Below are positions 47,911-59,672 of a DNA stretch of 64,000 nucleotides, piece by piece (position 1 is the first letter of the stretch; each line of letters starts with the position of its first letter). Origin of the DNA: Octopus sinensis (taxonomy: Eukaryota); assembly GCF_006345805.1 (NCBI RefSeq), contig NC_043000.1:161820001-161884000 (forward strand). The letters are read 5' to 3'. Position numbers and translations under genes: made by a program. The notes below the pieces were generated by a model. The model was not told the origin of the DNA. It was given only the letters and a program-made list of their open reading frames with translations, and ran no database searches.

Positions 47911-49470
47911 CAACCTCCATATTTTAACTCAACACCCAGATGCAGTCTCTTTGCCATTACTATAAATACTTTTACTTTTCTCAATATTACACAGCAGTTG
48001 TACTCCCATTTAAAGAATTTCTTTCACTTATGTGTGTGTGTATTTCAGTGCTTGTAAAGATTTTAGAATGATCATTTTGACCATTTTTTTTTTATCTGAA
48101 TTTATTTGTATTATAGTAACCTGACTACAATAAATATCCGTCTATGATTGTATGCATAGCTCTTTTGTAAATGAAAGAATTAGCTGAGAAAAATATATGC
48201 TTTCTTCATCCTTATTGGCATCTTATCAACTATAATATATATTTGTAGTACGTCAATTATAGATGTACTTGTTTCTCTTGAGACATATGTTCTCAGAACA
48301 CTTTAACTATTAATTCCTTGCAAACAAATGAAGCTTGTTATCACTTGATAAGTTATTCTTTAAGAATTTTTTTAAAAACATGAATATTTATGATATTTAT
48401 TCTTGAAATAATTATATTTTTCATGTCTTTGTTTAAAAAGTAACGAAACCCTTTCAATATCAAAAAATATGTATCTACCCTCATTCTTATTGCTTTTCTC
48501 AGAAAATTCCGACTTTTAACTTAAATTGTAGATTTTTTAATGAAATATATTGTGTATATATACAATATATATATATATATAATGACATCACTGTTAAAGA
48601 TTTTAACTATATGTATCAACTGCTATAATCAAAATGAGAAAAATTAAAGCAATAGTAAAAATAAAGTAAATACATCCTTAATGATAAATATTCCAGTTGT
48701 TTGATCAACAGAATTGTCTATTCACAGAATTTTAATGTAAGTGGTTGAGTATTCCAGTGATACTTAACACTCAGACATAATCAGCATAACAGTTGTGATA
48801 ATATTATCCTTTTAAATTATTGTTGCAGTTCATCCAATAGGCCTCCCTACAGTTTCCTTGTATCAATTTCAATCCTCAGGCTTGGATTAACTTGACACTT
48901 CTTTTTCTTAAATTATTCAAATGATTTCTTTAATTTTGAAATTAAGGTATTTTTTAGAGAATACAAAGTATATAAGTGATAACTTGATGTTAACCAAGGT
49001 GACCCTAGTAGCACAGTTGTAATTAATAAGAGGTCTTTAGAACTATACTTTCACATTTACTGTATCTTTCTTTTTAGAAATTTAACTAAATTTTCTTTAT
49101 TTCTGAGAAATATTAATCAGTGTGCAGAAAACTAAATACAAAATATATATGCTATTGTCATTAAGTTTACTTAGTTTTTGCCGGTTTTTAAAGAATGAAA
49201 TTCACAACATGCTTCCAAATTTTAGTTAGAAACTCTTTTACTTCTCTCACTCATTGAATATAGTACCTCATCCAGCATGGACATTCATATATTGTTAGTT
49301 TTATTTTAATTTTATTTTATCAAGTTGATAAAAAAATGAATTAATGTTAGTTTTAGTCTAATTCAGAACTATGATTTGACAACTTTTTGATGTCAGTATT
49401 TCTCCTCATTTTTACAAAAATATTTCTTAAATTGTGATGGCAAACCAGCATAAATATATATATGTGTGTG

Positions 49471-49516
<46 letters not shown>

Positions 49517-49520
<4 letters not shown>

Positions 49521-49685
49521 CTTCATAACGGTCAATCACACAGTAATTTCCCTTTGTTTAATGGTCATTTTCATAGCATTTTTTCAATGGCCGGATAACT
49601 GAAGAGATGGCAGCATGGGTTTCCGCCCCAACATCCGAAACTCAGAGTTTTATCATGGCTACTGAATAATTCTCACATATTATAT
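49517..49685 (+). mobile_element. ~170-bp Penelope-like/retrozyme-like element embedded in (TA)n
   Basis: Unique insert between (TA)n tracts that carries the hammerhead motif below. The downstream ATAATTCTCACATATT resembles ATAAATTCTCACATATT at ~33701-33717. Confidence 0.65.
49589..49660 (+). ncRNA. Type I hammerhead ribozyme motif with canonical core
   Basis: GGCCGGATAA [stem I] CTGAAGA [core] GATG..CATC [stem II] C GAA A CTC-A-GAG T [stem III] T [H17] TTATC-A-TGGCT [stem I']. The predicted cleavage site is after 49649 (GUU). Confidence 0.7.
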
Positions 49686-49727
49686 TTACAGATATATATA
49701 TATATAAATATATATATATATATCTCA

Positions 49728-50010
49728 TTGTCGTTGTCATTTAACATCTGCTTCCCATGCTGGTGTGGGTTGGGCAGTTTGACTGAGGACTAGCAAGCTG
49801 GAATGCTGCACCAGACTCCAATCTGATTTAGCAAGCTTTCTGCAGCTGGATGCCCTTCCTTACCCTAGCCACTCTGAGAGTATAGTGGGTGCTTTTTACA
49901 TGCTACCGGTGCTGGAGCCAGTCAGGCAGCACTGGCATTGGTCACACTCGAATGGTGCTTTTTACTTGCCACCAGCACGAGTGCCAATCAGGGAGCACTG
50001 GCACTGGCCA
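49728..50010 (-). mobile_element. Family D retroposon
   Basis: CATTTAACATCTGCTTCCCATGCTGG..GGATGCCCTTCCT. Confidence 0.88.
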
Positions 50011-51379
50011 TGCTCGAATATATATATGTATATCATACAGGTGTCACTCATGTTACTGTCACCCCAGATTATACTATTTCGTTTTGGGATATGGTCAGTG
50101 TTTTATCCTTGTGGAAACTTGGATAGAATTTAAGAATTTACAATTTTTTCTTAGCCTAAAGGTTGTTTCTCAGTATTTCTTCTAAGATCATTGTAGTTAA
50201 CAATTAAAAAAATTGTAATCATAATATATGTGTGAGTGTGAGTGACTAACTGTTTGTGTATGTGTCACTATAAGCACTTATGGAATATGAGTATGTGCAT
50301 GTATTTCACTAGGAATATTTGTGTGTGTTTGTGTATATTTTTTGAATATTAATAAGTATTTATCTATCTGACCAACTCATTTTTCTGATTATCATCAACA
50401 TGAACACAGCAATCATCACCAAAAGCTAAACAATTACTGTCATTACTAACCAACAACTACTTAGAGACAACAACAATAGTATGAACATACTAAGAACTCA
50501 AAAAATGTCAATAATGAAATAATGTGCTGTCTTAGTGTATTTTAAGAGTTAGATGAAATACCTTTAATCTTAGGTCAGTGAGGTTTGACTTGTAACTAAA
50601 CAAGAACAACAATACCATTAACAAGAATAATATGACCATAACCAATAACAACACTGCTACCTACTATGACCAACACCAAAACCCATACGATCAACAACAC
50701 TGCTCTTAATAACTTACCAACTTCTGAATGATCAACTAGTAACAATAGTAATAGAATCAGCTTGATAGTAATGTCTGTAACTACATATGTTGTATGTCAG
50801 CATAATAGCGTGTGTGTGTGCGTGTGTGTGCATGTATTTATGACTCAAGTCAGAAGTACAAGGGGCGAAGTGCACATGAACCGGGTATCCCATCTACTAA
50901 CTAATTATACAGTATTTTTCTCCCTCACCCTTTTACTCTTTCATCACATTTCTTATGAAGCAATTCTTTCCTGGGGCTATTTTTTCACTAGATATTTACA
51001 GTGGACAATTGCTGATCACAGCTGCAATTGAATTTACCTACAATTCATGATGTCTGGACAAAAGCCATCAAGTGGATCAGAAGGAAGTAGTTTGAAAAAA
51101 TAAACTATAAACAAAACACAGGTTATTAAAATTGATGTTTTAAAAGGACTTATGTTGGAAAAAAAATCAGCCATATTTTCAAAACATTCACGCTTGTGAT
51201 GTCTCTAGTGAGAACAGTATGTGACAACAGAGAGAAAATTAAGCCAAATGCTCAAGATGTTACTCTGTTAACTGTTTGTACCTTATTGTTTTTCATAAAT
51301 TCGATGTGATGCTTAAAATGGGACATGGATGTATAGAAGAAGGATCAAACTTCATGCAGTGTACCAATAAACATAATAA

Positions 51380-51525
51380 TCATCATCATCATCTTTTAAC
51401 ATATGCTTTCCATGCTAGCATGAGTTGGATGATTTAACTGAGGTGTGGTGAACCAGATGGCTGCACCAGGCTCCAATCTGATCTGGCAGAGTTTCTACAG
51501 CTGGATGCCCTTTCTAACGCCAACT
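51380..51525 (-). mobile_element. Family D retroposon 3' end
   Basis: (CAT)n..TTCCATGCTAGCATG..GGATGCCCTTTCTAACGCCAAC. Confidence 0.88.
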
Positions 51526-52247
51526 GATAAATAAATGATAAATAAAAACTGATAAATAAGAATGGCCAAAAGCTTGTCTGTTGATTTTCTGACTAGTTAA
51601 GGCTGATTTAAAGCACTTGAATTTGTACAAACAAAAAGTGTCTTGAGTAAGATATGCTTAGATTAAGTCTTGGTAAGATATGCATAGATTAGGTTTCTTC
51701 AAACTTAATGCAAAAGTTTGAGCTCAGCACAGCAAAGTAATAAAACGTTTGTTAGTTTTACGGTCTCCTTCCCCATCTCTACCTTTCTTTCCCCCCAAAT
51801 CTCTTCTCTTTTTCTTTGGTGAAAGAGAGAGAAGCTCTCTGTGTTTGCTAGAACCAGGAATCAAATTTATTTTGAATCAAATGCTATCATCTTTAAAACA
51901 AAATATATGGTGAATAATATGTCTGGAAAAACAGGATAACCACAGCTGAAGGGCTAATTATAGGTCTACTGAATCAGCGCTAACATCAGGGTCAAACAAC
52001 AAGTAAACCCTATGAAATACTCTTTATATAACATCTTGGTATATGATTTTAGTAAAGCTAAATATAACTCAGTTTCTCGTAACTCTTCCAGCTTGATATA
52101 TTTCATCGTTAACTCTTAATTTCTGTGTGACATGAATCCACCCAGCAGGTGGATCAGTCTTTTCTCTACTGCCTGAAACTGTCTGAATCAAAATCCTTAT
52201 TCATAGTTAAGGAAGTTAATTCCATAGTCTAAGGGCGACAACTTTAA

Positions 52248-52432
52248 CCCTTTCTATACCAACCTGTAGTAAAAATGTTTTGTTTTCATAAGTTTTAAAT
52301 TAAAATCTTCTACCAAACCTTACTCGCAATTTATGTTCCTAATGATAACTAAGTTATTTTACTAAATTCTTTCTTATAGTTAAAATCAAAAGAAACACAG
52401 AGCATCTCAAAATAAATACAGTATCAAAAGGG
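52248..52432. mobile_element. piggyBac-like MITE
   Basis: TTAA|CCCTTTCTATAC ... GTATCAAAAGGG|TTAA: TTAA TSD with CCC..GGG termini, TIRs matching at 10/12. Confidence 0.75.
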
Positions 52433-52654
52433 TTAATCTTTTACTTTATAATTTTACATTCTGTAATGCTGATTATTAAAATCAATGCAAGAATGACTGA
52501 ATTTTGCCAATTCATTTCCTGAGTTTTTTAATCTTTTTATTAAAACTCTTGTGCATATCTGTTGTTTCTGAACGGAGTAACTCAACTTACCTATAAATTT
52601 TATAATGAAAAAGGAAATTTTTTTGTTTATGATGTTTGTATGTCCATGACTTCT

Positions 52655-53025
52655 CTTTTACTCTTTTACTTGTTTCAATCATTTGACCATGGCCATGCTG
52701 GAGCACCACCTTTAGTCGAGCAAATCGACCCCACAACTTATTCTTTGTAAGCCTAGTACTTATTCTATCAGTCTCTTTTGCTGAACTGCTAAGTTACAGG
52801 GATGTAACACACCAGCATCGGTTGTCAAGTGATGTTACGGGGACAAACACAGACATGCACAAACATATACACACACATGCATATATACATATATACGATG
52901 GGCTTCTTTCAGTTTCTGTCTACCAAATCCACTCACAAAGCTATATTAGAAGACACTTGGGGCTGAACCCAGAACCATGTGGTTGGTAAGCAAGCTACTT
53001 ACCACACAGCCACTCCTACGCCTAC
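52655..53025 (-). mobile_element. SINE family A
   Basis: Reverse-complement match from tail to head. Confidence 0.92.
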
Positions 53026-53298
53026 TGTTACAAATTACATTTAAATTGTTACTAATATTTTTTCATTGTCTCTTTTGAGCGTATCTAGTTTTTAGTTATT
53101 ACGTAATAAATTAATAATTACCTGTGCATAATATTATTTTTAGCACATTAAAAGAAAACAGAGTCTTTTCTGCAGTAATGCCAATTTGCACAAGACTAGC
53201 AAGTAAATTATGTGCCTTTCAATAAACAAACTCGTTTTTAAGGTATTTTCTACCCAGACACTGCAGTAGTGAGTGTCTGACTAAATAAATTTCAACAA

Positions 53299-53692
53299 GG
53301 CGCAGGAGTGGCTGTGTGGTAAGTAGCTTGCTAACCAACCACATGGTTCCAGGTTCAGTCCCACTGCGTGGCATCTTGGGCAAGTGTCTTCTGCTATAGC
53401 CCCGGGCCGACCAATGCCTTGTGAGTGGATTTGGTAGACGGAAACTGAAAGAAGCCTGTCGTATATATATATATGTATGTGTGTGTTTGTGTGTCTGTGT
53501 TTGTCCCCCTAGCATTGCTTGACAACCGATGTTGGTGTGTTTACGTCCCCGTCACTTAGCGGTTCGGCAAAAGAGACCGATAGAATGAGTACTGGGCTTA
53601 CAAAGAATAAGTCCCGGGGTCGGTTTGCTCGACTAAAGGCGGTGCTCCAGCATGGCCGCAGTCAAATGACTGAAACAAGTAAAAGAGTAAAG
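53299..53692 (+). mobile_element. SINE family A, full-length, well-preserved copy
   Basis: GGCGCAGGAGTGGCTGTGTGG (A box-like)..GGTTCAGTCC (B box-like)..CTTGGGCAAGTGTCTTCT (CORE-like)..TGACTGAAACAAGTAAAAGAGTAAA. Resembles the octopus OR-type SINEs; exact family not verified. Confidence 0.93.
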
Positions 53693-53904
53693 ATGTTAAG
53701 AGTGTATTTGTAATTTATATTCTCCTTTTAAACCTCTTTGAACCTTTCATAAATATTCATCATTGTCATTGCTTTTAAATACTTCTGTTCTCTTGCTAAA
53801 CAACAAACAACAATACCACCAGGTTATCTACCTATTTAAATACATTTTGCTGTGCACCTATAGTTTCCTTGGCATATGGACATGGATGAAGATTATTTCA
53901 TCGT

Positions 53905-54103
53905 TATCTTTTATCTGTTATTTGTTTCAGTCATTAGACCGTGACCATGCTGGGGCACTGCCTTGAAGAGTTTTTAGTTGAATGAATCAACCCCAGTACT
54001 TCTTGTTTTAAGCTTATTCGGTCGGTCTCTTTTGCCAAAGTTATGGGGATGTAAATAAACCAACACCAGTTGTCAGGCGGTACACACACATACATGTATA
54101 TAT

Positions 54104-54134
<31 letters not shown>

Positions 54135-55320
54135 GTGGAGGCGCAATGGCCTAGTGGTTAGAGCAGCGGACTCACGGTCGGAGGATCACAGCTTTGATTC
54201 CCAGACCGGGCGTTGTGTGTAATTATTGAGCGAAAACACTATGAGGCTCCAGTAGGGGGTGGCAGGGACCCCTATTGTACTCTTTTGCCCCAACTTTCTC
54301 TCACTCTCTCTTCCTGTTTCTTGAGTAACGCTGTGATGGACTGGCGTCCCATCCAGCTGGGGGGAACACATACTCCACAGAAACTGAGAAACCGGGCCCA
54401 TGAGCCTGGCTTGGCTTGAAAAGGGCAATGTTTATCGTTTATATATATATAGGGAGAATTCACAAAAAAACAAAAGACGAAGACAGGTGGTGTAGACAAC
54501 AAACAGATGTATTAGTTTTACACTCGGGAAGTGAAAAGGCCTTTAAAGTTTCGAGCCTACGCTCTTCCACAGAAGGAGCACAGAAAGAAACAAGGAGAGA
54601 AAATAAAGAATGTGTAGTGGCTAGCGATATATCATGGCGAAATGATATATATATATATATATATATATAGTGGAGGCGCAATGGCCTAGTGGTTAGAGCA
54701 GCGGACTCACGGTCGGAGGATCACAGCTTTGATTCCCAGACCGGGCGTTGTGTGTAATTATTGAGCGAAAACACTATGAGGCTCCAGTAGGGGGTGGCAG
54801 GGACCCCTATTGTACTCTTTTGCCCCAACTTTCTCTCACTCTCTCTTCCTGTTTCTTGAGTAACGCTGTGATGGACTGGCGTCCCATCCAGCTGGGGGGA
54901 ACACATACTCCACAGAAACTGAGAAACCGGGCCCATGAGCCTGGCTTGGCTTGAAAAGGGCAATGTTTATCGTTTATATATATATAGGGAGAATTCACAA
55001 AAAAACAAAAGACGAAGACAGGTGGTGTAGACAACAAACAGATGTATTAGTTTTACACTCGGGAAGTGAAAAGGCCTTTAAAGTTTCGAGCCTACGCTCT
55101 TCCACAGAAAGGAGCACAGAAAGAAACAAGGAGAGAAAATAAAGAATGTGTAGTGGCTAGCGATATATCATGGCGAAATGATATATATATATATATATAT
55201 ATATATAATGGGCTTCTTTCAGTTTCTGTCTACCAAATCCACTCACAAGGCTTTGGTTGGCCTGAGGCTGGTGATAGACATTTCTCCGAGGTGCCACAGT
55301 GGAACTGAACCTGGAACTAT
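53905..55320 (-). mobile_element. SINE family A split at its internal microsatellite by nested insertions
   Basis: Tail half at ~53905-54105 and head half at 55207-55320 (GGGCTTCTTTCAGTTTCTGTCTACCAAATCCACTCACAAGG). Confidence 0.8.
54135..55205. repeat. Near-perfect 535-bp tandem duplication (SINE C + Penelope-like fragment + (TA)n)
   Basis: Units start GTGGAGGCGCAATGGCC at 54135 and 54670. The ORF track shows identical translations offset by 535. There is a 1-nt difference (AGAAGGAG vs AGAAAGGAG). Confidence 0.97.
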
Positions 55321-55414
55321 GGACAAAATTGCAGCATAATTTTTCTTGAGTGTTCAACATAATGTCAAAGCAACACATGGCTATTCTGGCTGTAAGCTGC
55401 TCAAATGTGCACAT

Positions 55415-55715
55415 AAATGCTGGTAATCTATGAGAACAACAGCACTGAACACCTTTTTGATCTCCATATGTCTAACACACGTGGACATGCCTACAAAGTC
55501 AGAAAACAATACAGCTCCCATGACTTTCAGAAACATTTTTTCACGCTCAGAGTTGCTGAAGCATGGAATAAACTGCCTGCGTCAGTTGTTGACTGCCATG
55601 AGACTGCATCTTTTAAGGCCCTCATGCTTTCCGAAATCCGCCGAAACTACACCTGATTATATATACACTTTAGATGAGTTGTAGTGCACCTGAGCACTGT
55701 ACACAATTATTATTA
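55415..55715 (+). mobile_element. CR1-like LINE 3' end
   Basis: TRGHAYKVRKQ..HFFTLRVAEAWNKLPASVV..ASFK (typical CR1 ORF2 C-terminus), then the UTR and (ATT)n. Confidence 0.9.
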
Positions 55716-57049
55716 TTATTATTATATCTGAAGGCAATTTAGTTTAACAAATGATATACAGGGCGATTATGGTCTGATTACCAACACAGTATATCAGTGA
55801 ACACACATAGTTTATCAAACTGAAATGAGCACAGTATCATGAGTCTTGACTATTTTCCTAATTTTTTATATATAGTCATACTTTTATATATATTCATATT
55901 ATCCAATAATTCTGTTTAAATAACTCAAAAGCATCTTACATTAGAAACTATTTTCAATGTGTAATGTCTGAAACAGAATGTGATGTGGTGTATATGGTTG
56001 TTTATGCTTTAAATGAATGACATTTGAAAAACTATTGAAGAGAGGTAGAGAGCTATGATTGAGATGGATTTTTTTAAAACCAAAGTATTGCTGAAAAAGA
56101 AGGGTTAATTACTAACAAGATTTCATGATAGATGTTACAGATGTTATCTGTAAGAAACAGGATATTTTGACTAAGCATAAATAGAACTAGCAAGCGCAGA
56201 AGTACAATGTCCGTTGCAGTTCCTAGTTTAGCAGACAAAAACATAACTTGTCAGCAAATCGAAGATTAAAGAGAGCTCATGAGAGATCAGTCAAATAAAG
56301 TCTAAATATGATTAGGAATTATTATAAGTTGTCTTATTTGTGTAGCAGAATATCTATGAAAGATTATACATGTACTCACGCCCCAATTGAAAGGTGCTTA
56401 ATCACATTTTAGCTAAGCACATTTGGATTGAATAAGAGGGTAAACTATTAAATAAGTTTTAGTAAACCTATTTGTTAGATTTTTCTAATAATTGGTGTAG
56501 AAAAATTGTCTTCTTAGGTCACTAATTATTAAGTTATGAGAGGAAAATGGTTGATAAATGTAAAGAAAGAAATGAGCAACCAGTGGTCACATTTTTAAAA
56601 AGGCAAATTGATTGGAAGAACTCTTAAATAATCTAGAGTTGAAACACAATCTCCTGGAGAGAGCACAGACTAATTTTAAAATGATTTTAGATTATAAATT
56701 TTCAAGAAATTATCAATATCTTTTTGGTTAATTATTTTCTGCCATTTTGACTTGCACGTAATTTGATACAGTTTATAATTATAGAGTCTTCATTACTGAC
56801 ATGCAGTTAAACATTTTTTCTTTCTAAATCATATTAATTAGAAATTGTCATAAAGCTGTTCAGATAACTTCATTATATATCCATTGAAATGTTAATATCT
56901 GTTTTTCAATATAGATTTCAAAAGCTGCAAATGTAAGAGACCAAAGTGAAGGAATCAAAATGAACGGTGATGATGTTTGAAAAAATTACAAAAGTAATCA
57001 AAGTGTATAAAAGGATTATAGAAAAACACAAAGTCCGAAATGCCACATG

Positions 57050-57450
57050 CTTCCCTTCCCAGCTTTTGCCAATAGGGTTGGACAGTAAAAAGCTGGATGG
57101 CATGACAGTTTTCACATTCAGAGGTGGTAGGCCCCTCATCTGGGCTGCCACATACTACAACACCTTCTCCAGAGGCAACCTGTTGTGTTTGGTTGCCAGC
57201 CCAGGCTTAGCCAAGGAGGGTAAAAATGTCAAGGTACCACCCACTCTCTGGCAGACTTGTCATTGAGCCTGTGGCAGTGGACATCTCTAACATTCTCCCT
57301 CCCACCCTCATACTACAGCCCTGCTCACTAATATCAGAACAGAGATGGCTATTTGTGTGAGCTCCGTGAGTTGGAGTAGCTTTTTCAGCGTGTTTCTCTC
57401 ACCATCCTCCAGGGCAACGTTGTTTCCATTTTGTCCACTGGGACCATAAG
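57050..57450 (+). mobile_element. CRE-clade-like RLE non-LTR retrotransposon 3' end
   Basis: DSKKLDGMTVFTFRGGRPLIWAATYYNTFSRGNL..SPG, IEPVAVDIS, RELE*LFQRVSLTILQGNVVSILSTG. These resemble the D.KRPDG.T..P...G..L.WD.T, F.P.A.ET and L.QR.S..I.RGN..S motifs. Confidence 0.7.
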
Positions 57451-58959
57451 GCAGACACATAAGTCCTTTTATTTGTGGCTGTTGTATCCCTTAATAAGAT
57501 GCATTGAAATAATACAAGTTTCTAATAAGGCTGATAAGATAGCAACTGTAACACTGCATATAATAACACAGAAAGTAGATGATTAATCCTTATCACTGTT
57601 CTATTGCCTTTTTTTCTTGTTTCTATGTTGAATCTATCTGTAGTATAGCAAATCACTGCTTGCATTGTATCTTTCATTATCTGTTTCAAGAACCCTAACA
57701 TGCTGAGATTTGATATCACTACTTCTGTCTATATTTCCTACTGCTGCATTTTCTTAAGCTGCATTTCCCTCACTGCCCAGGGTGCCTTTTATCCAACACT
57801 CATCATCTGTTTACATTACACACCTACAATTGCAATTTTCTTTCCTATATATGTCTTCTAATACCTTTACTACTACTACTACTACTCACTACTCTCTTAT
57901 ATTCTGCTTTCTCACATGCAAGTTAGCATTATATGTCCTTCGCTCATTTTTCTCTAGTCTTAGCAGATCTGTGTTCAGTATTCATACACTGCTATTAAAG
58001 TAGTGTAACTCCCTTATAGTTACTTTCGTTGCCATAAGAGATAATAGCCCACAAAACAGCCAACAGCATTTATTACGTATACTCGATTAGCAAATTAAAC
58101 TACCTATCATGTCTAAAAATCTAACTACTACATTGCATGAGCAGCTAGGGCCGTTCATTATTAATATCATTTTGTGGATCCCCTACTGCTAACTACTACA
58201 TGCATTCGTCAAATATTAATTCCTGATTTTCTATAAAATTAATATGCTTTTCTTGTTATTACAAAACTCAGAGTGTGTTCTACAGTTATCAAAATAAAAA
58301 TGGATGTAGCTGTGAAAATTTGATAATAAAGTTAGAAAAAGAAAAAAATGAAAGAATTATTTTCAGAAAGGGGTTTCAGCATTGTAATTATTACATATCA
58401 AAATACATGTATTTGAAAATTATCAATATTTCTTTCTTTCTAAATTCTTGTGATTATTTCCTTTTGCTGATGATATAAAATGTGATGATGATAAAATGTG
58501 ACTTCTTTTGTTTCTGTGAAGACAATTGTGAGATAATGCTTTGCTGAAAGGGCACTGTAACACATAAAGGTCTGAAATATTAAGCTTACTCTGTACAAAG
58601 ATAGATTGCGATATACCTTCTCATTAATTTCAATTTTAAAATCACATAACAAAACAAGAAATTTAATTTTATTACAGGAAAATTAATCCAGAGTTTCTTA
58701 AGTTGTTTATGCTCCCTTCAAAGTTATATGGAAGCACATACATTATATATGAAATGATACAAAAATACTCTTCTTCAGTGCCATTGTCTTATATAAGGTG
58801 TATATATAATTCACTTTTAAAAAGATGCATTTTGCATTTTTATAAGAAATAAATTCCTACAGTTTCATTGTATTTTTCAAGGAGTTTATTACATTTTATT
58901 ACATTTGAGCAGGACACTTTTGTATACCATTTCTAATTTGAGATAACAGTATTATTAAT

Positions 58960-59160
58960 ATTGGTTTCAAATTTTGGCACAGACCAACAATTTCAGAGGG
59001 GAGAATAATTTTATTACATCAATCCCAGTGTTCAACTTGTACTTATCTTATCGACCCTAAAAGGATGAAATGTAAAGTTGACTTTTGCAGAATTTGAACT
59101 TAGAACATAAAGACATTTTGCCCAGCATACTAATGGTTCTGCCATCTCGCTCCTTAGCAG
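58960..59160 (-). mobile_element. SINE family B, diverged
   Basis: TTATCGACCCTAAAAGGATGAAATGTAAAGTTGAC..AATTTGAACTTAGAAC. Confidence 0.8.
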
Positions 59161-59269
59161 TATTATTGATATCAAAATAATAAATACTCCCTTAACAGCC
59201 TGCATTTGCTGTATTTTCTCTCATATACAAAGCAATAGCTTTGTACCTAACAGAAGTAAGATATTTATC

Positions 59270-59425
59270 TTAGTTCAAATTCTGCCAAGGTCAACTTTGC
59301 CTTTCATCCTTTCGGGGTCAATTAAATAAGTACCAGTTATGCACTGGGGTAGATGTAATCAACTTAATCCCTTTGTCTGTCCTTGTTTGTCCCCTCTATG
59401 TTTAGCCCCCTGTGGGCAATAAAGA
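59270..59425 (+). mobile_element. SINE family B 3' portion
   Basis: GGTCAACTTTGCCTTTCATCCTTTCGGGGTC..TTTAGCCCCCTGTGGGCAATAAAG. Confidence 0.9.
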
Positions 59426-59433
59426 CATATATT

Positions 59434-59672
59434 TGAAGGTGGCGAGCGGGCAGAAACGTTAGCATGCCAGGCGAAATGCTTAGCGGTATTTCGTCTGCCG
59501 CTACGTTCTGAGTTCAAATTCCGCCGAGGTCGACTTTGCCTTTCATCCTTTCGGGGTCGATAAATTAAGTACCAGTCACGTACTGGGGTCGATGTAATCG
59601 ACTTAATCTCCTTGTCTGTCCTTGTTTGTCTCCTTTATGTTTAGCCCCTTGTGGGCAATAAAGAAATAAGAA
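59434..59672 (+). mobile_element. SINE family B (Meta-domain-like), full length
   Basis: GGTGGCGAGCGGGCAGAAACG..GTTCTGAGTTCAAATTCCGCCGAGGTCGACTTTGCCTTTCATCCTTTCGGGGTCGATAAATTAAGTACC; CpGs largely intact. Confidence 0.93.
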
